DNA of 64,000 bases. Origin: Plasmodiophora brassicae (Eukaryota). A program made the translations under genes and the position numbers. Location: assembly GCA_036867785.1 (NCBI GenBank), contig CP145410.1:1488001-1552000 (forward strand), in the 5' to 3' direction. This document shows, one piece after another, positions 1 through 13,309 of this stretch (positions within the stretch are counted from its first letter, which is position 1; each line of letters begins with the position of its first letter). The notes under the pieces are model-generated. The model was given only the letters and a program-made list of their open reading frames with translations, searched no databases and was not told the origin of the DNA.

Positions 1-4
1 GGGC

Positions 5-903
5 ATGGCCGCTCGACTGACCCCTGTGGAGCTGACCGCCTTTGTGTCATCGTTCCGCCAAGTTGCTCCTAGTGCCGATGCGCGACTGGTCCTGTTCACC
101 GACGTCGATTCCATGCCGACCGCATCGCCCATTGCCGACGCGTACAACGCCGAGTTGGTCGTATTCAACGACGATGATCTGCAACCGCCTGCAATACGGT
201 CGTTCCACCCGTCGAACTATCGCTGGTTCGTCATCCGCCAGTGGTTAACCGAACATGGCGATCGGCTGGATCCATCGTCCCGCATCCTGCTTGCCGACGT
301 TCGCGACACGTTCTTCCAGCGAAACCCGTTCGACATCGTCGGCGAGCAGCAAGGCCTGTGGGCAACGCTGGAAGCAGGCGGGCCGATTGCCGGCGTACGT
401 TCAGGGGATTGTATGCAACAATGGTGGACACCTGACTGTGATCGTTGATGTGCTAATAGTGTGGGTGGAATCGCGGCTGGGTGCAGGACTGCTTCGGTCC
501 AGGTGTGCTGACCGACGTAGCGTCCAAGACGATATCCTGCTCAGGCATCACCCTGGGCACCATGCGGGCCGTCGTGGAGTACGTCCACCGTATGACGGCG
601 GAGCTCGAACGACGATCCTCCTGTGAGCGCAACGGCGTTGATCAAGGTGTCCACAATGTCCTCGTGTGGACCGGCGATATGGCCGACGTGCACCTGGTTC
701 GTCCGGATGAGGGCCAGGTTGCCAACATCCAATCGATGGGCGCCGACCAGGCTGTTATTGTCAATGGGCGCGTTGTGGCGGGTCGGCACCCGGACCGAGT
801 CCCGTTCGCCATTGTGCACCAGTACGACCGACGACAGGAGCTGAAAGACCTGTTCTGGTCGGGACTGCCTGGTACTTCTCCAGGTCGTCGACACCGGCAA
901 TAA
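5..903 (+). CDS. Putative glycosyltransferase-like protein (two exons 5-394 and 460-903; 5' end may lie upstream of the window)
   Basis: A GT..AG intron at 395-459 joins the ORFs in frame (GGPIAG|CGWNRGWVQDCFG). Motifs LLADVRDTFFQRNPF (DxD-like), DQGVHN and IVHQYDR resemble eukaryotic GT-A-like proteins. Confidence 0.6.
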
Positions 904-938
904 ACTCTCAGCATGGGCGAATGTATATGGGATTGCGG

Positions 939-3900
939 TCAGTGTTGGTGCATGGAAGGCAGGCGTCGGCGAGCAGCCGTCCATGACCGGGCCCGGGATA
1001 GCGATACAGTTGTTGCCGATCTTGACAACGTCTGCTTGTCAAGGTGACGATCCAGTATGAGGCAAGCCGTGGCTGGTCTTGGCATGGTGGCCTGTTGCAG
1101 AGATGCTCCCTCTGGTCCTGCCACAACGGTGTCTTCGTCCTGTGCGACGACGACTTTCTCTACGCGTTCAATGACGGCCTGGGCGGCTCCAGATCCCGCC
1201 CACGACAGGGCGACCGTGAGCGCCTCCTGGAACTGGCGCAGGTGCAGCGATTTCTCGTCGTTGTCGAACTTTAATGTTTCAACCTGCTGGCGCAGCTCGT
1301 CGACCTGCTTCTGCAGCCTATCAGGTTAATACGATGCCCTTAGATCGTCCCTGCTGCAGCGCAACGTTGCATGCGTGCTAACCTGGCGACGACGTGGTCT
1401 GTGGCCATGGACCCCAAGCGCAGGCGCGACTTGGCCATTCCAGTCTGTGTGGATCCGGCCGCTTGCCTACTGCCAGGGGGACACCCATATGAGGGTGGTC
1501 GCTGATTCTGCTTCTGCTGCTGCTTCTGGTGCTGCTGCGGGAGCGTCGCATCGGTCTGGTCCGTGCTGGCGTGCAAGGCCATTCGCAGGTCATTGATTTG
1601 CCTATCAGGCGGCGGCAGGGGCACCGGTCAGCATCCCGGCCCCGAGTGTTTGGACGCCGTCTCTTACGCGATAAGTTGGCGGTTCTCCCCGATACGCTTG
1701 CTGTTGTCAACCTTAGCCGCATGCCGATCGGCCTGCATCTTGCGCTCCAGAATCGCCAGGCTCCGCTGCAGGGTCAGGCGCTGACGCTCCACCTCCATCT
1801 GCTCCGCCGTTTTCCCCTGCCGCTGGCGCTCGTCGTCATCCGGCCACAATTCGTTGTCGGTCTCGCCAGGTGCGATTCGACGTTGCGTCGCCCCCGCGTC
1901 GCCGGTACCGTCCAGGTGGAAGGCCTTGCATCTGCACCGTATTGTTCAGTTGCGGCGTCGCACCATGCTGCCATTGGTCGGTGGTACATGCGATGCAGGT
2001 GCCTGGTCCAGTCGTGGGTGCGCGTGTGCCCACGATCGATCTGCTCGACCAGGTTCCTGATGTCGGCGCACAGGCTGTCGTACTGCTGGCGTTTCCGGGC
2101 GAGTCCCTTGCGCAGTCGTACCGCGTCGCCCTGCATGCTGGCCATCTGCTGGCACCTGTCCGCGTCAACCTCCTTCATGGCCTGCACCTGTTTCGCCTGT
2201 CGGACTAGCTCCTGGCCCTGCGCCTCGATCTGCTGCTCCAGGCGGCGCTGGACGCTCGGGTAGGCGGACAGGCGCGTCTCCAGATCGTCGATGCGGCCGT
2301 GGAGGACGCCATTCAGCGTCTGCAGGGCGATCCGGTCGGCGCCCACCTCGGCCAGGTCCCTGGTGTTCTTGGCAATCTGCGCGTCCCGGCTCTCGATCGC
2401 GTGCCGGGCGCCGGCCAGGTCCGCTTTCAGGTCGTCAATGTGCTTGCGCAACGATGCGATCGTGTCGTGCAGGGCGTCGACCTGGAACGATTTCGCTTCG
2501 GTGTCCCGGTGCATGGTGTCCGCCCGTCGCGACACGATCGACAGGTCGGCGGCGGCCTTCAGGCGCTGCTCGTCGACCTCCTGCAATCGAGACATGGACT
2601 TGACCTGCAGATCGGCCAGGTCGGCCTCATGATCCGCCTGTCCAGGCCATCTCTGGTCAGCAACGGCGTACGCAGGGACGGTGGTGGCCACACCTGACCT
2701 CGATCTGGCCGATGGCCTCCTCGTAGTCCGCCCTGGTATCGGCGAGGCGGCGCTCAAGCAGGTCTGCTCGGGCGGCGCCGGCGGCCCGTTCGCGAACGAG
2801 TTCGGCTCGCAGGTCCTCGACCTGCCTCGTGTGATCGTCCATCAGGGCGCGGATCTCGCGCTCGTGCAGGGCCGCTTGCGACCTGGCCTGGCTCTCCACC
2901 CGTTCATTGTCGGCATACTGCCGGGTCAGGGACGCCTCCAGGTCGGCCATGGTCGTCGCCAGACGCCGATCCGCCTCCGTCTGACATTTCCGCAGCTGAT
3001 CTTGCCACCTGTGCTCACTCTGCTCCAGTTGGGCGTGCAGTGCGCTGATCTCGTCGACCCTGGCGGCCAGGGCGGCGTCATGCGCCGTCTGCAGGCGCTG
3101 GACCTCGGCCAGGTGGGCGGCGCGCGCCTCGGACGCATCCGCATCCGCCTGGCATTCTAGCAGCCACATCTGGTGTGATAGGTCCACCGCACGACGCTCC
3201 AGGGCATCCAGGTCGTCCGCCCCAACCAATACAACGTCGTCGTCGTCGTTGTCGTTGTCAACATCGTTGCTGTCAGCAGAAGAACGATCGGACGCCGCAG
3301 GGGAAACGGCCGGGTAGGACAACGTCGACAGCAGGCCATCCACGCCAGCTGTCACGACGATTGGCATTGTGGACGGGGATGATCCCAGCAGGGTCATGTT
3401 GAATGCAGACTGGTGGGCAACGGTCGCCCTACCCAGTAACGTGTCCTTGGCGAGGTCCACGACAACGAGTCGTCCACGGGCGCTGCCCATTAGGAGACGG
3501 TTTGTCACGCGGTCCAAGGCCACACACGAAGCTTGAATAGAATCGTTCGGTGACACGCCCGTCATATGCGATGGGGACCCCTCGGTGTGGTCGAACAGGC
3601 TGCGGGCGCTGGGGTCGACCAGGGTGTCCCCGTTATCGCCCAGGCGGATGCGACGCCACTGCCGGCTGCCAATGGCAATGATGGACGTGCCTGTGTCGAA
3701 GATGACAGCGGATGGCGCCGACAGGTTGCTTTTGCAGGCGTATATGACGTGGCCGGATGTGGCATTGACGATGGTCACGGTTGCATCGGTGGTGATGGAT
3801 GCGATTCGCGCGTCATCTGTCGCCCATGCAGTATGGCAGATCGGGGCCGGGAGCCGAACCGATACGCTGACAGGCGACAGGTCGTTCGCCGACAGCACAT

Positions 3901-4408
3901 GCACATGGCACCGCGTCGACAGGGCGATGGCATGCCCACTCGTCGAATACTGAACGTGAACGACATTGGCGAGCGGCACGGGCCTGCATCGCGTATTCCG
4001 TTGCAGACGCCCGGGCAGGACATGGTACAGCGCCACCGAGGAGCGTCGCACGATGCAGGCCTGGAACGCATGAGGCGCGCCAGCGACCAGCGCTGCCCGA
4101 TCATCATCATCATCGTCTGCTGCTGCAGCTGCCGTCATCGTATGGTCATCGGCCAACGTGCATACAAGGGATAGGCTCGCGCGATCAGGATGTCGGCCCA
4201 GACGCCACACCCGTACCAGGCCAGCAGCGTCGCATGTTATCAGGCGACGATGCCCGATGCCAGCAATGGACACAAAGGCGGGGCCGGTCGAGCCCGCACA
4301 GAATAGAAGATGGGCGGCTGATTTCGGGTCAGCCTGGCGGCGACGGGCGGCACTGTCAGCAGTGGGACCAGGAGCAATGACGTCTGATGGTGATGTGCCG
4401 CTGGCAAC

Positions 4409-4441
<33 letters not shown>

Positions 4442-5446
4442 ACTGGTATCGTCCAATGTCACGACGGTAGGCGCATGGGATGGCAGGAAGTGTAGGCCCA
4501 GGACGGCGTTCGGCAATGCTACAAGGTCCATGATCGTGGCGGAGGACGACGATGATGACTTGTAGTGATGGAAGCTGGCAGGGCCGTCGTCGGCCATGTG
4601 CACCCGAAGCAGGTGCAGAGTGCCGCGATCGGTGACAATGCCGACCAGGTCATGGCGGACCCGTCGCATGCGATTGATGCAGGTGCCAGATGATGGCCAA
4701 TGTGCCACGCCGCACACGTCGCCCGCATCGATACGGTCGACGATATGGTCGTCGTTCACGACGGCGATGGTCGATGTTGATACGACCGATAGCAGGACCA
4801 GCCGGCGGTCGCCATGGCCAACAACGGCACCGCTCGTGAAATCGTCCCTGCTGCTGGATCTCAGGGCGACTCGGTCGGTGACGTGATGGGCTGGGCCAGC
4901 GCCCACCTGGATCTCGTGCAAATACGACCCATGTCCTGCGGCAAGGATGGCCGTTGGTGACAGGGACGCCTGGCAAGTCAGTGCCATATCGGCAGGAGCG
5001 GCCACAGTCGACAGGGGTGAACACGATGGCCATGCATAGAGGGAGATGCTCGACGGTGTCATGATCGACATGAGCGCACCTGTCAGCAGTATGTGCACGA
5101 CAGGGCCGACCCATTGTCCGATGACCGGTCGTTGCGTCCCCTTCGACACGTCGACAATGACGACTGTGTCGGGGCGCGTCGCATCGTCTGCCCTCATGGC
5201 AACAGCCAGGGCGGTGGCGTCGGCGCTGATTGCCAACAGGCGAGCGCTGCCGCCGTCTAGTGAAGCGACAATTTCATTTGTGCTCGTTGAACTGCTGGCG
5301 GTGGGATCGACACAAATACGAAGGATATGCGGGCCATGGACTACAAAGATGACGCCTCGACGAGCCCGGACCAGGTTTGGACCTGTCGGTAATGGGCCCA
5401 GCACCCGCTGTACGACCGCGCACGGTCGAACGCTGGACGACGTCAT
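939..5446 (-). CDS. CFAP57: WD40-repeat plus C-terminal coiled-coil protein, CFAP57/WDR65-like; multi-exon, and only the 2638-2698 intron was placed exactly
   Basis: 929-aa exon with degenerate WD repeats (LITCDAAGLVRVW, VVTAGVDG) followed by coiled coil. Downstream exons give EVERQRLTLQRSLAILERK and ENRQLIA|QINDLR, matching my recollection of the CFAP57 C-terminus. Confidence 0.65.
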
Positions 5447-5656
5447 GGTTCCCCGTTATATATGCATACGAACAATAGAGCTGGCATCGATGGCTCGCTC
5501 GACGGTACATTCCATGGTACTGTACTAGGCGCGACCTTTATGTACGCAGGCACAGCTGGTATCATTGTACGACGTCCACCCAGGTCCTAACGCACGTAGG
5601 TAGCAGTACTGTCACTAAATGCTGTAGACAGCTATGTTGTTCTGTTGCAATGAGTA

Positions 5657-6262
5657 TTACGATGCCCCAGGAGCGAGCGCCCCCCAGGCCGGAGATGCTG
5701 ACGTCCGCACGACTCGTTTGCATATGCCTGCCAGGAAGGCGCGCAGGACATTGACGATCATGGACGTCTGCATGAGCGACACGCTCTCGATTGTCATACG
5801 AGATTGCCGCTGCTGGTCAAGTCCCATCTCGGCGAATAATGCGGATGCATCCAGGGCGTATGGCGAGTCCGATTTCGTGAGCAGCAACAGCACCCGAACC
5901 GACGACGGTCGCCTGTCAAGAACGTAGTCCAGTTCGATGCGTGCTTGTGCCAGATGTAATGCATCTGTGCTGTCAATTGTAAAGACGACGGCATCGCAGG
6001 AGTCCATCAGGGCGTCGGCGACGTCCAGCGCGCGTACAGCACCGGGCGTATCGACGACTTCGGCACGAATAGAGTGTCCCAGGTTGATGACCGAACGCTC
6101 AATTGACCGGGTGACAGGCGGGCGGGGCAGCGCCGCCGGGTCGTCGTGCAGGAACGACGGCGCTGACAGCTTCGCCAGCAGCGACGATTTACCGCTCGAA
6201 GCCAACCCGGTCAATAGCCTGCATAACGCGTCATCAGCATCAGCGGGTAGTCGAGGCAGCAT
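5657..6262 (-). CDS. Arf/Arl-family small GTPase (divergent)
   Basis: G1 GLASSGKSS, G3 DTPG, DAVVFTIDSTD, G4 LLTKSD; 201 aa. Confidence 0.75.
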   Translation of the reverse strand: MLPRLPADADDALCRLLTGLASSGKSSLLAKLSAPSFLHDDPAALPRPPVTRSIERSVINLGHSIRAEVVDTPGAVRALDVADALMDSCDAVVFTIDSTDALHLAQARIELDYVLDRRPSSVRVLLLLTKSDSPYALDASALFAEMGLDQQRQSRMTIESVSLMQTSMIVNVLRAFLAGICKRVVRTSASPAWGALAPGAS

Positions 6263-8357
6263 ATGACTATACCCACTGACACAGTCCTAACGTGAGACGC
6301 GCTGACAGTTGTCGATCCAGTTGCTGCGCTATAACCCGTTGACGATGAGGTACGGGGTGCTGCTCCCGCCGTCGACAAGCCGTCGACGACCTGCGAGTGC
6401 AACAGCTGCGATCCCGAGCTGCGTCGGCTAGGGCAGCATGCCAGTGAACAGCAGACAAGCATATCAGCCCGAACGGTGAAGACGGCCGCCTTTCCTAATA
6501 GTAGGCCGAACGGATCATCGACGCGTACCGTACGAACCCAACGACGGGCCGATGACTGCCAGTACTTTATGCAGTGTATGCCCGCTGTAGACCGGGGTGC
6601 CAGCTAAGTCAGAGGAGTAAGTGTCGTTATAATGAGGAAACTGCAGATCCACGTCGGGATAAGGTAAAATGAATATCACCGAATGTCACATGACAACCAG
6701 GATGTTGCCACGGCGGCAAGTCAAGGGCGCAGGCAAGGGTGTAAGCACTGATACAAGGTACTAGGTACGTAGCAGTGCCAGGGGACTGTGCCCCCCTCCC
6801 CCCAGCGTCGAGTGACTTGAACGTAGTACCGACGTTTGAGTCTGTATATAAGCGGCCGCACCGATCGACTGCCCGACCGAATGCCCCTCTTCCGTTACCA
6901 CTCCGGGGTGCCTGCCCCAACCACCGTCACGCCTTCCGTCCGACCCGCTTACCCGGGTACCCCGGACACGCCCTGCATGTGCATGTCCCTACCTGTATAC
7001 ATTGCATTGGTTGGGTCCCTCCCCTGCGTACACTCGAGGGACATCATACGGGCGGGCGACCGACGCGCAAAAATAAGAACGAGGCTATGTACTACGTACG
7101 TACGTACTGCCACGTCAATCTCCAAGTGGCAGCTAGGAAAGAGCCCGTGCCAGGAAGGTTGCTGCCACGTTTCCACTTGGGTTCCCGTAGCAGTAGACTC
7201 GCTCTTCCTTTAAAAGGGACCGGGTGCCGGCGCCTTGGCGCATGGAGTCATCTGATAAGGCCGACGAGTTCCTACTGGCGTCTTGCTCCGGCGAGGATGA
7301 CGATATGGACGTCTTGGTCCCGCGTACTGCTGCTCCTTTACCAACGTGTTAATTAATTGTAAGCGCCGCGTACCGGCTCCAGCTCGCTCGTGCATCCCGA
7401 GAAATTCTGGTGACAGTTCTGGACGTTTTTCGATCACCTGGGCCAAACGCAGCAAAGTACGATTTTGGACAAACGTCGGTGTGTCCTTGATCAAGCGATA
7501 GGACACGTCGGTAATTAACGCGACGACGTCGAAAGAACGTTTTGTCGGCCTGGTCGGTGCCTCCCGACGACGTCGCATCCGTCATTGTGATGACCATGTA
7601 CACTTTGACGATGATAATGTCTTCGGAAGACCTGAAGTTCTTCTGGCCGGATGAGTTGCAGCAAGTACTCGAGCTCGGATTCCGCCTGGGAACAACAGTA
7701 CTGTCTTCCTCCTACGTGCGCAAAAAAGGTCGTGGCGACGACGTCGAACGGTAGGCGGTGCAGCGAGGATCGATGAGCGCGAACGACAAGGGTGCTGCGA
7801 CGAGTTAGCGCAGCGCCGGGTCCGTGGCCCATGGGGTGCCGAAGCAGTAGTGCAAGCCCCCCGTCGCGCCTGCCCGGTGTGGGAAACCGGTTGCTCGCCA
7901 CACGCTGGGTCTATGACCTGGCCGCACAATTCGGATTGGGCGGTGCCCCCTCTGACACTCTGACGGCCGGTGGCCTGAAGGGCACCCTGACCGTCGGTGA
8001 CGAGAAGGGCCCACAGCCGAGGGTAGTAACCCGAGGCTATACCTTCCGGTGGTCGTGGCGCCGACAGCAATAAAGTCCGAGACGACCGCGGACCGACGGA
8101 CGTAACGCCCGAACGAGCGCGCTGGAAGATGGCGCCCGTTCGGGCGTTACAGGTTGCTCCTACTGAAGAACCCAGGGAAACTACGTAGCTACCATAAAAA
8201 GAATCAAAGCACAGAGAGCCCCCCCCCCCCCCCCCCCCCACGATATATGACCACGCCCTAACAAATCATAGCAGGCCCCCCCCCCACCCCCACGGAGTCC
8301 GCGGCGGACCCCACGGAGCCTATCACGACTCGAGAAGGAGTACGCTTCGACCGAGCG

Positions 8358-9281
8358 ATGGATCACGACCCCCTCGAAGACGACAGTATGGACGCTGGCG
8401 GCACTGATCTTACTGATCGCCTCACAGGCCCTAAGCGCCCCAGGTCGACGGGAGAACCGCCACTCACGCCAGCTCGATATACGGCCAGCTTTAAGAAAAA
8501 AAGGAAGATGACTAAAGCCAAGACCGATGTCGCCACCTTAGACCGAATCTGGAGCACTGCTCCTGCCAGCTCGAACGATGACGACTACCACGATGCAGCA
8601 ACGATCACCCCGCCCGCCCCGACCAGCGCCAAGGGCCTGATAACGATGCTGCACCAACGTCTCCCGGGTCTTCAACATTTCAACCTTACGTCAAACATCA
8701 ACAAAGGGAAACTTCCAAATGAATACGTGGTCCTCGGGCTCAAAATCGGTACAAACACAGCACAAACTCAAAACATCTCAACAACCTTGAGCATCACTGA
8801 CCCCCTCTCCTCCTCCTACAGGACAATACCGAACAATCTCCAGAGCTGCCCAGGAGATCGGGGCTGGCTGTCGGCCGGGTCCGTCCCACCACAGGCAAAT
8901 CATCATCTATAACTGCACGGTTCATGACATCGATGACATTATGTCGATTGGCTACCCTGGCCAACCTATACCGTACAAAATTACCCCAACGAGCACAGGA
9001 CCACATGCGATTGCGAGCTTTGCGACAAAGGAGGAAGCATTGGCCGTAGCTAAAACCAAACGCATTCGTGCAGGACAAATGCAATGGCATATCAAGCAAA
9101 GCCGAGCGAACAACAACATGACCTACCGCACATGCAAATCCATCGAATGCAGGGACCCGGCCTGTGAGAACCTACGCTGTGGCTACGAGTGTATGACGCA
9201 GCATGCCACGAACAAGCGCCTGCTCACCGAGGAACAAAAGCAAAGTAAGGGCGCTACATGCTGACATGCATCACGTACACA
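8358..9281 (+). pseudogene. Disrupted A/C-rich ORF of unknown function (possibly non-LTR ORF1-like); sequence resumes at 12101-12315 after the hAT insertion
   Basis: ORF pieces 8358-8912 and 8941-9264 with a Cys cluster (CKSIECRDPAC). Removing the hAT gives an open frame ...HHVHSNDAFLHKMPPP. Preceded by poly-C runs. Confidence 0.3.
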
Positions 9282-12092
9282 TATGGCTCTGTATAATACA
9301 CCCGAGGTCCTGTATAATACAAAAAGTGTATAATACCTGTATAATACTGGTGAATAATACAGGTATTTAATACAGCCTATTGGAAATGCATTCAAAGATG
9401 TTTGTATTCATTCCGAGATGGATCAGGGCCTCAGACGCTCAGGGCAGTTATCTCGCGCGTTCTGATCAAGTTGTCATCGGCTCGAACAGCTCGATGTCTT
9501 CCGCAGCATCAAGGGCGATGATGCTATCCAGCCCAATATCGGTGGCAGGATCGATGACGCTTTCGACAGAGAGACCGACAAGCTCCTCATCCTCGTCCTC
9601 GTCCTCAAAAACAAGATTGAGAGCTTCTTCGTCTGCTGCAGCGCGTTGCGAATACAATGACCCTGATCCACAGGCGGACAGCCTCTGTACAAACGCGTCA
9701 TCGGAACGCGTCATACTGATTTCTTTCAACAGCTGCTTTGCATTGAATGCAACAGCTGTCTGCTTCATCACAGACGCCCCTTGCAAGCTGGCTCGTGTTG
9801 CCGAATGGACCCGCTTCGCTGCCTTATGGTTTCGCTCACCACCGGCGGCATTAGTAACGAGGTTGTGGATCTTCACCAGTAGCGACGCCAGCGTAGATAG
9901 ATGGTGATCGTCGATTTGCGCCCATATCAACGCCGGCCGGTACTGCATGGCTTCAGCTAGCACAGAATCGGGCCCCCATCGTTGGGCTAGAAAGGCTGCG
10001 AGTTGCTGGCGCAGCAAGCTCAGAAGTGACATGTCGTTCCCAGCGATTTCTGGAAGAGCATTTCGGGCTTGCTCGATCAGACCACCATTCCTTAGCTGGA
10101 TCCATTCCGCACCGTGTGCTGACTTCAATCGATCACGCATGGCGAAGAACATAGGATCTGTAATAAACGCCAAAGCATGAGATGGAGAATAAATTGTTTT
10201 GAAGCGATGCACGACGAGGTCGTAGAGTTCCCCCGGGTCATCGCAGCCAAGAAGCCCCACCTGCTGAGGCGTTAACGTAGCAAATCCGTCAGCTACTGAC
10301 AGGAAGGTGGCATAAACCGAGCTAAAGGAAGCGCTTTCCCCCTCGTGATAGCGCAAAGCGAGGCAAATTGGCCTTAACAACTCGATCATGGCCTCAAAGC
10401 CATCCCATGTTTCAGTACTAACCGCAGTGACGAATGCTTCAGGAAGACGTTCAACTTCTCTGAAACGAGGATCGTGATGTTGACTGTAGTCCAGCATAGC
10501 AATTACTGGCCTCGCAGCGATGAGCTTCTCCAGCATCGTGACGATTGATCCCCAGCGAGTCGGTGAGAACAACGACAGAGAACAATTTATCGGCGGGCGC
10601 TTCTCTTCGCAGAGGACGCCGAACATTCTATAAAGGAGGTGAGAAGAGCGAATTGAGAGGACTATGTAGACGGCAAGCTTCACAAGCTTCCCGACGGAAC
10701 CGCGTTTCAGAAGATCCTTCACGAGGTTGTGCAAACAATGCGACATACAGCCGAACACCACCTGAAAATGATGGCTCTCCACACTCAACCGCCGCAGCTT
10801 TTTCATCACGTTAGGAGAGTCAGTGCATAACGCCCACAGAGGCTCACCGTCTAGAGCTGCCGCCATGTTGTTAACGGCGAGGAAAGGCATGCCACTGGGA
10901 TCTTCGTCTGCATCTTCGGAGGAATCGCTTTCGCTGTCATTCTCGCAGCTTATCACTTCACGAGCATACAAGGAATGACGAAGTCTGCCTTTTTGATCAA
11001 GCAGCTTCTCCAACAATCGCGTACTGGATTCTTTGAACAGGGACATATCGAAATGTTCAAGGAAGAACGCAACAGGGCCACATGCCATCAGGTTCAAAAC
11101 CTGTTTGCTGACCCGGTTGGTCATTCCATCGATCGTCAGGCAGATAGTCGGCCATCCCCGCATCGCCGATAAGACTTCTTGCATAACGACAGCATACTCT
11201 TCGTTAAGAAGGTCACCAGCAATCTTCTCGGGACTTGGGGTCTTCCAGAAGCCCCGCATGGTGCTGAAGAATCTACCCCAGTCGTCCGTATCGAAGGCAG
11301 AGAACGGCAGAGAGCTCCTGTGCAGTGCCCGCGCGAACAGCCTTTGTAAATTGAGAAGTTCGTCAGGTGTGCACGAGTCGAATACAGCACGTCCACGGGA
11401 TGACAACGACATCTCAACAGTGTCTCCATCTTCAACAATTCTTTTCTTTCCAAGAGCCGTCACAGTCGGAGCTGATGTCGCCATCGAAGACGCGGTTAAG
11501 GACCGTTTGGCCGACGAGGATCCGACGGACGATGACCCGACAGATGACTGTGCGGGTACCCTTGACAGTCCTGGCATGTTCAACGGGTTCAAAAAGCCGA
11601 TGCCACGATGTGCCTTTGCACAGCTGGTGTTATGCTTGCGCAAACGAGCTGCAGCATCGCATACCATTTGCTGGCAATAGTTGCATCGGCGCTTCCCGGT
11701 GGAGTTGCCTGCAGCATCATAGACAACATCCCCAAAGTGCTGCCTGACGGGATCAGGTTTACGCCCCATTACGTATACCTATTCCAAAGCTGGCGCCTAT
11801 CAGCGCAGGACGTTTCGAGACAGATGGCGCGATCGAGGCAGGCGACAACCCGTAGGCACGCAGGCTTGCTGGCAATGAGGCCGTGGCGGCTGCGCGCAGC
11901 CCGCAGGCAGCATCCCGCAGGTCAGCGAGCCACAGCGTGCACACTGCACAGCCTTGGCGGCCCTTGCCCAGTGGTCGGCACTATATATAGGCACAGGGTA
12001 TATTTTATCGCTGTATAATATTTCGTAGACCGTGTATTATATGTGTATTATACAGCAGGTGAATAATACAAATAAAAAAATACAGAGCTATA
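9282..12092 (-). mobile_element. Complete hAT DNA transposon
   Basis: 13-bp TIRs TATGGCTCTGTAT / TATAGCTCTGTAT (1 mismatch); 8-bp TSD CGTACACA at 9274-9281 and 12093-12100; AT-rich subterminal TATAATAC repeats. Confidence 0.93.
9466..11769 (-). CDS. hAT transposase (BED finger, DUF659-type, hAT dimerisation domain)
   Basis: CNYC..LRKH..C, IDGMTN, TDSP, CMSHCLHNL, TRWGS, GGERN motifs; uninterrupted 767 aa. Confidence 0.92.
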   Translation of the reverse strand: MGRKPDPVRQHFGDVVYDAAGNSTGKRRCNYCQQMVCDAAARLRKHNTSCAKAHRGIGFLNPLNMPGLSRVPAQSSVGSSSVGSSSAKRSLTASSMATSAPTVTALGKKRIVEDGDTVEMSLSSRGRAVFDSCTPDELLNLQRLFARALHRSSLPFSAFDTDDWGRFFSTMRGFWKTPSPEKIAGDLLNEEYAVVMQEVLSAMRGWPTICLTIDGMTNRVSKQVLNLMACGPVAFFLEHFDMSLFKESSTRLLEKLLDQKGRLRHSLYAREVISCENDSESDSSEDADEDPSGMPFLAVNNMAAALDGEPLWALCTDSPNVMKKLRRLSVESHHFQVVFGCMSHCLHNLVKDLLKRGSVGKLVKLAVYIVLSIRSSHLLYRMFGVLCEEKRPPINCSLSLFSPTRWGSIVTMLEKLIAARPVIAMLDYSQHHDPRFREVERLPEAFVTAVSTETWDGFEAMIELLRPICLALRYHEGESASFSSVYATFLSVADGFATLTPQQVGLLGCDDPGELYDLVVHRFKTIYSPSHALAFITDPMFFAMRDRLKSAHGAEWIQLRNGGLIEQARNALPEIAGNDMSLLSLLRQQLAAFLAQRWGPDSVLAEAMQYRPALIWAQIDDHHLSTLASLLVKIHNLVTNAAGGERNHKAAKRVHSATRASLQGASVMKQTAVAFNAKQLLKEISMTRSDDAFVQRLSACGSGSLYSQRAAADEEALNLVFEDEDEDEELVGLSVESVIDPATDIGLDSIIALDAAEDIELFEPMTT

Positions 12093-12378
12093 CGTACACA
12101 GCAACGACGCATTTTTACACAAAATGCCTCCACCGGTCCAAGACTATCACCGAGTCCTGAAAAAGCCCACACACTACCCTCAGAATGAGTCAATCGTCCT
12201 TATACACAGGCCCCCTCCCACAAGAAACCCAACAACCACCGCAATAAACAGCAAACAGAGAGAAAGCCGGAAATTTCAGGCGCCGACCCCGCTCGAACCC
12301 GAAGGCAACTCTTGAGCCGCGATGTGCGAAAGACGACACAAAGCCCCAGAAACTGTCGACACCACCCGCACAACGACT

Positions 12379-13300
12379 TGTAGTGATGTTTACCCAACAC
12401 TAGAGACCGCCGATCGTTCTCCCTCTCCTCGCGCCTTCCTCCCGCGTGCCGTACGAACTCCCTGGTCTTAGGGCTGCCTCCTGTATATGCGATTCTTGGT
12501 ATCTCTGGCTGCGACAGGGCATGCTGCATCGCTCCACCGTCTACAGTCTACACTGCCCTTTTCCGAACGTGACCTGGATGCAGTAGAGATAGGAAGGCTT
12601 GCTGCTTAGTCGGTGCGATACGTACGCGCCGCAGGGTTCGTGTGCATGTTCAGATTGGCCACGCCCGTTTCTTGAAAGTGGGCTCATCGCATACTGACGG
12701 CATCCACCCCCACGTGGGAGGTGGTCACCTACTTATTCCAAATCACTCACGCGAGCCACCAAACGTTCCAGTTCCCAATAATCCATCCAATCGTCCCATT
12801 GTATGTGCGACAAGTCGTACACCCCGTTTCCGACATTAAGGCACCGGTTCCAATTCCATGTACCAAATTCCAGATCCACCCCGTTCTAATTCCTCATGCA
12901 CTGATTCTGTGAGTTGCGTCCAACACACTACATCAGCGCTGTTTGTGGGCTCACTACTGCGTCCAGTGAGTTCCGCTCGCAACCACCACGAATACACAGA
13001 CCGCGTCCGGCCATGAGCATCCGTGGCCTGTTCCATTCCCCTCCGATATCGGTTCATCGAAGCCCAGCCCTTAGGGGTCCGATGACTGCCGCAATCCAGG
13101 CATTAGGATCCGACCTGCGCATGCGACTTTCCATACCGTCAATTTCCATCGGTACATCCCATTCAGTGGCCAATTTGCTGAAATTTCCCAGACTGAGTTC
13201 CACACCCAGTTTTCGGGCCCCATGACCACGCAAGTGCTCCGCGCACCGTGCGCTCGATCGACGTCCTTTCCGTTTTCGCGTTGATGTTCCACCGTTGCCC
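12379..13300 (-). mobile_element. 3' remnant (LTR 12379-12545, PPT, long 3' UTR) of a Gypsy related to element F; right boundary approximate
   Basis: Colinear similarity to 47277-48330; TGTAG..TCTACA termini and CTGCCCTTTTCC (PPT on minus strand). Confidence 0.8.
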
Positions 13301-13309
13301 AAGGAGTGT

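Noticed and set aside
1044-5528. Many plus-strand ORFs overlapping the CFAP57-like gene
   Set aside because: Antisense shadow ORFs expected in GC-rich coding DNA.
6627-8241. Several ORFs on both strands (e.g. 7210-7578, 7515-7901)
   Set aside because: No recognisable motif, splice model or element termini; cannot be supported as genes.
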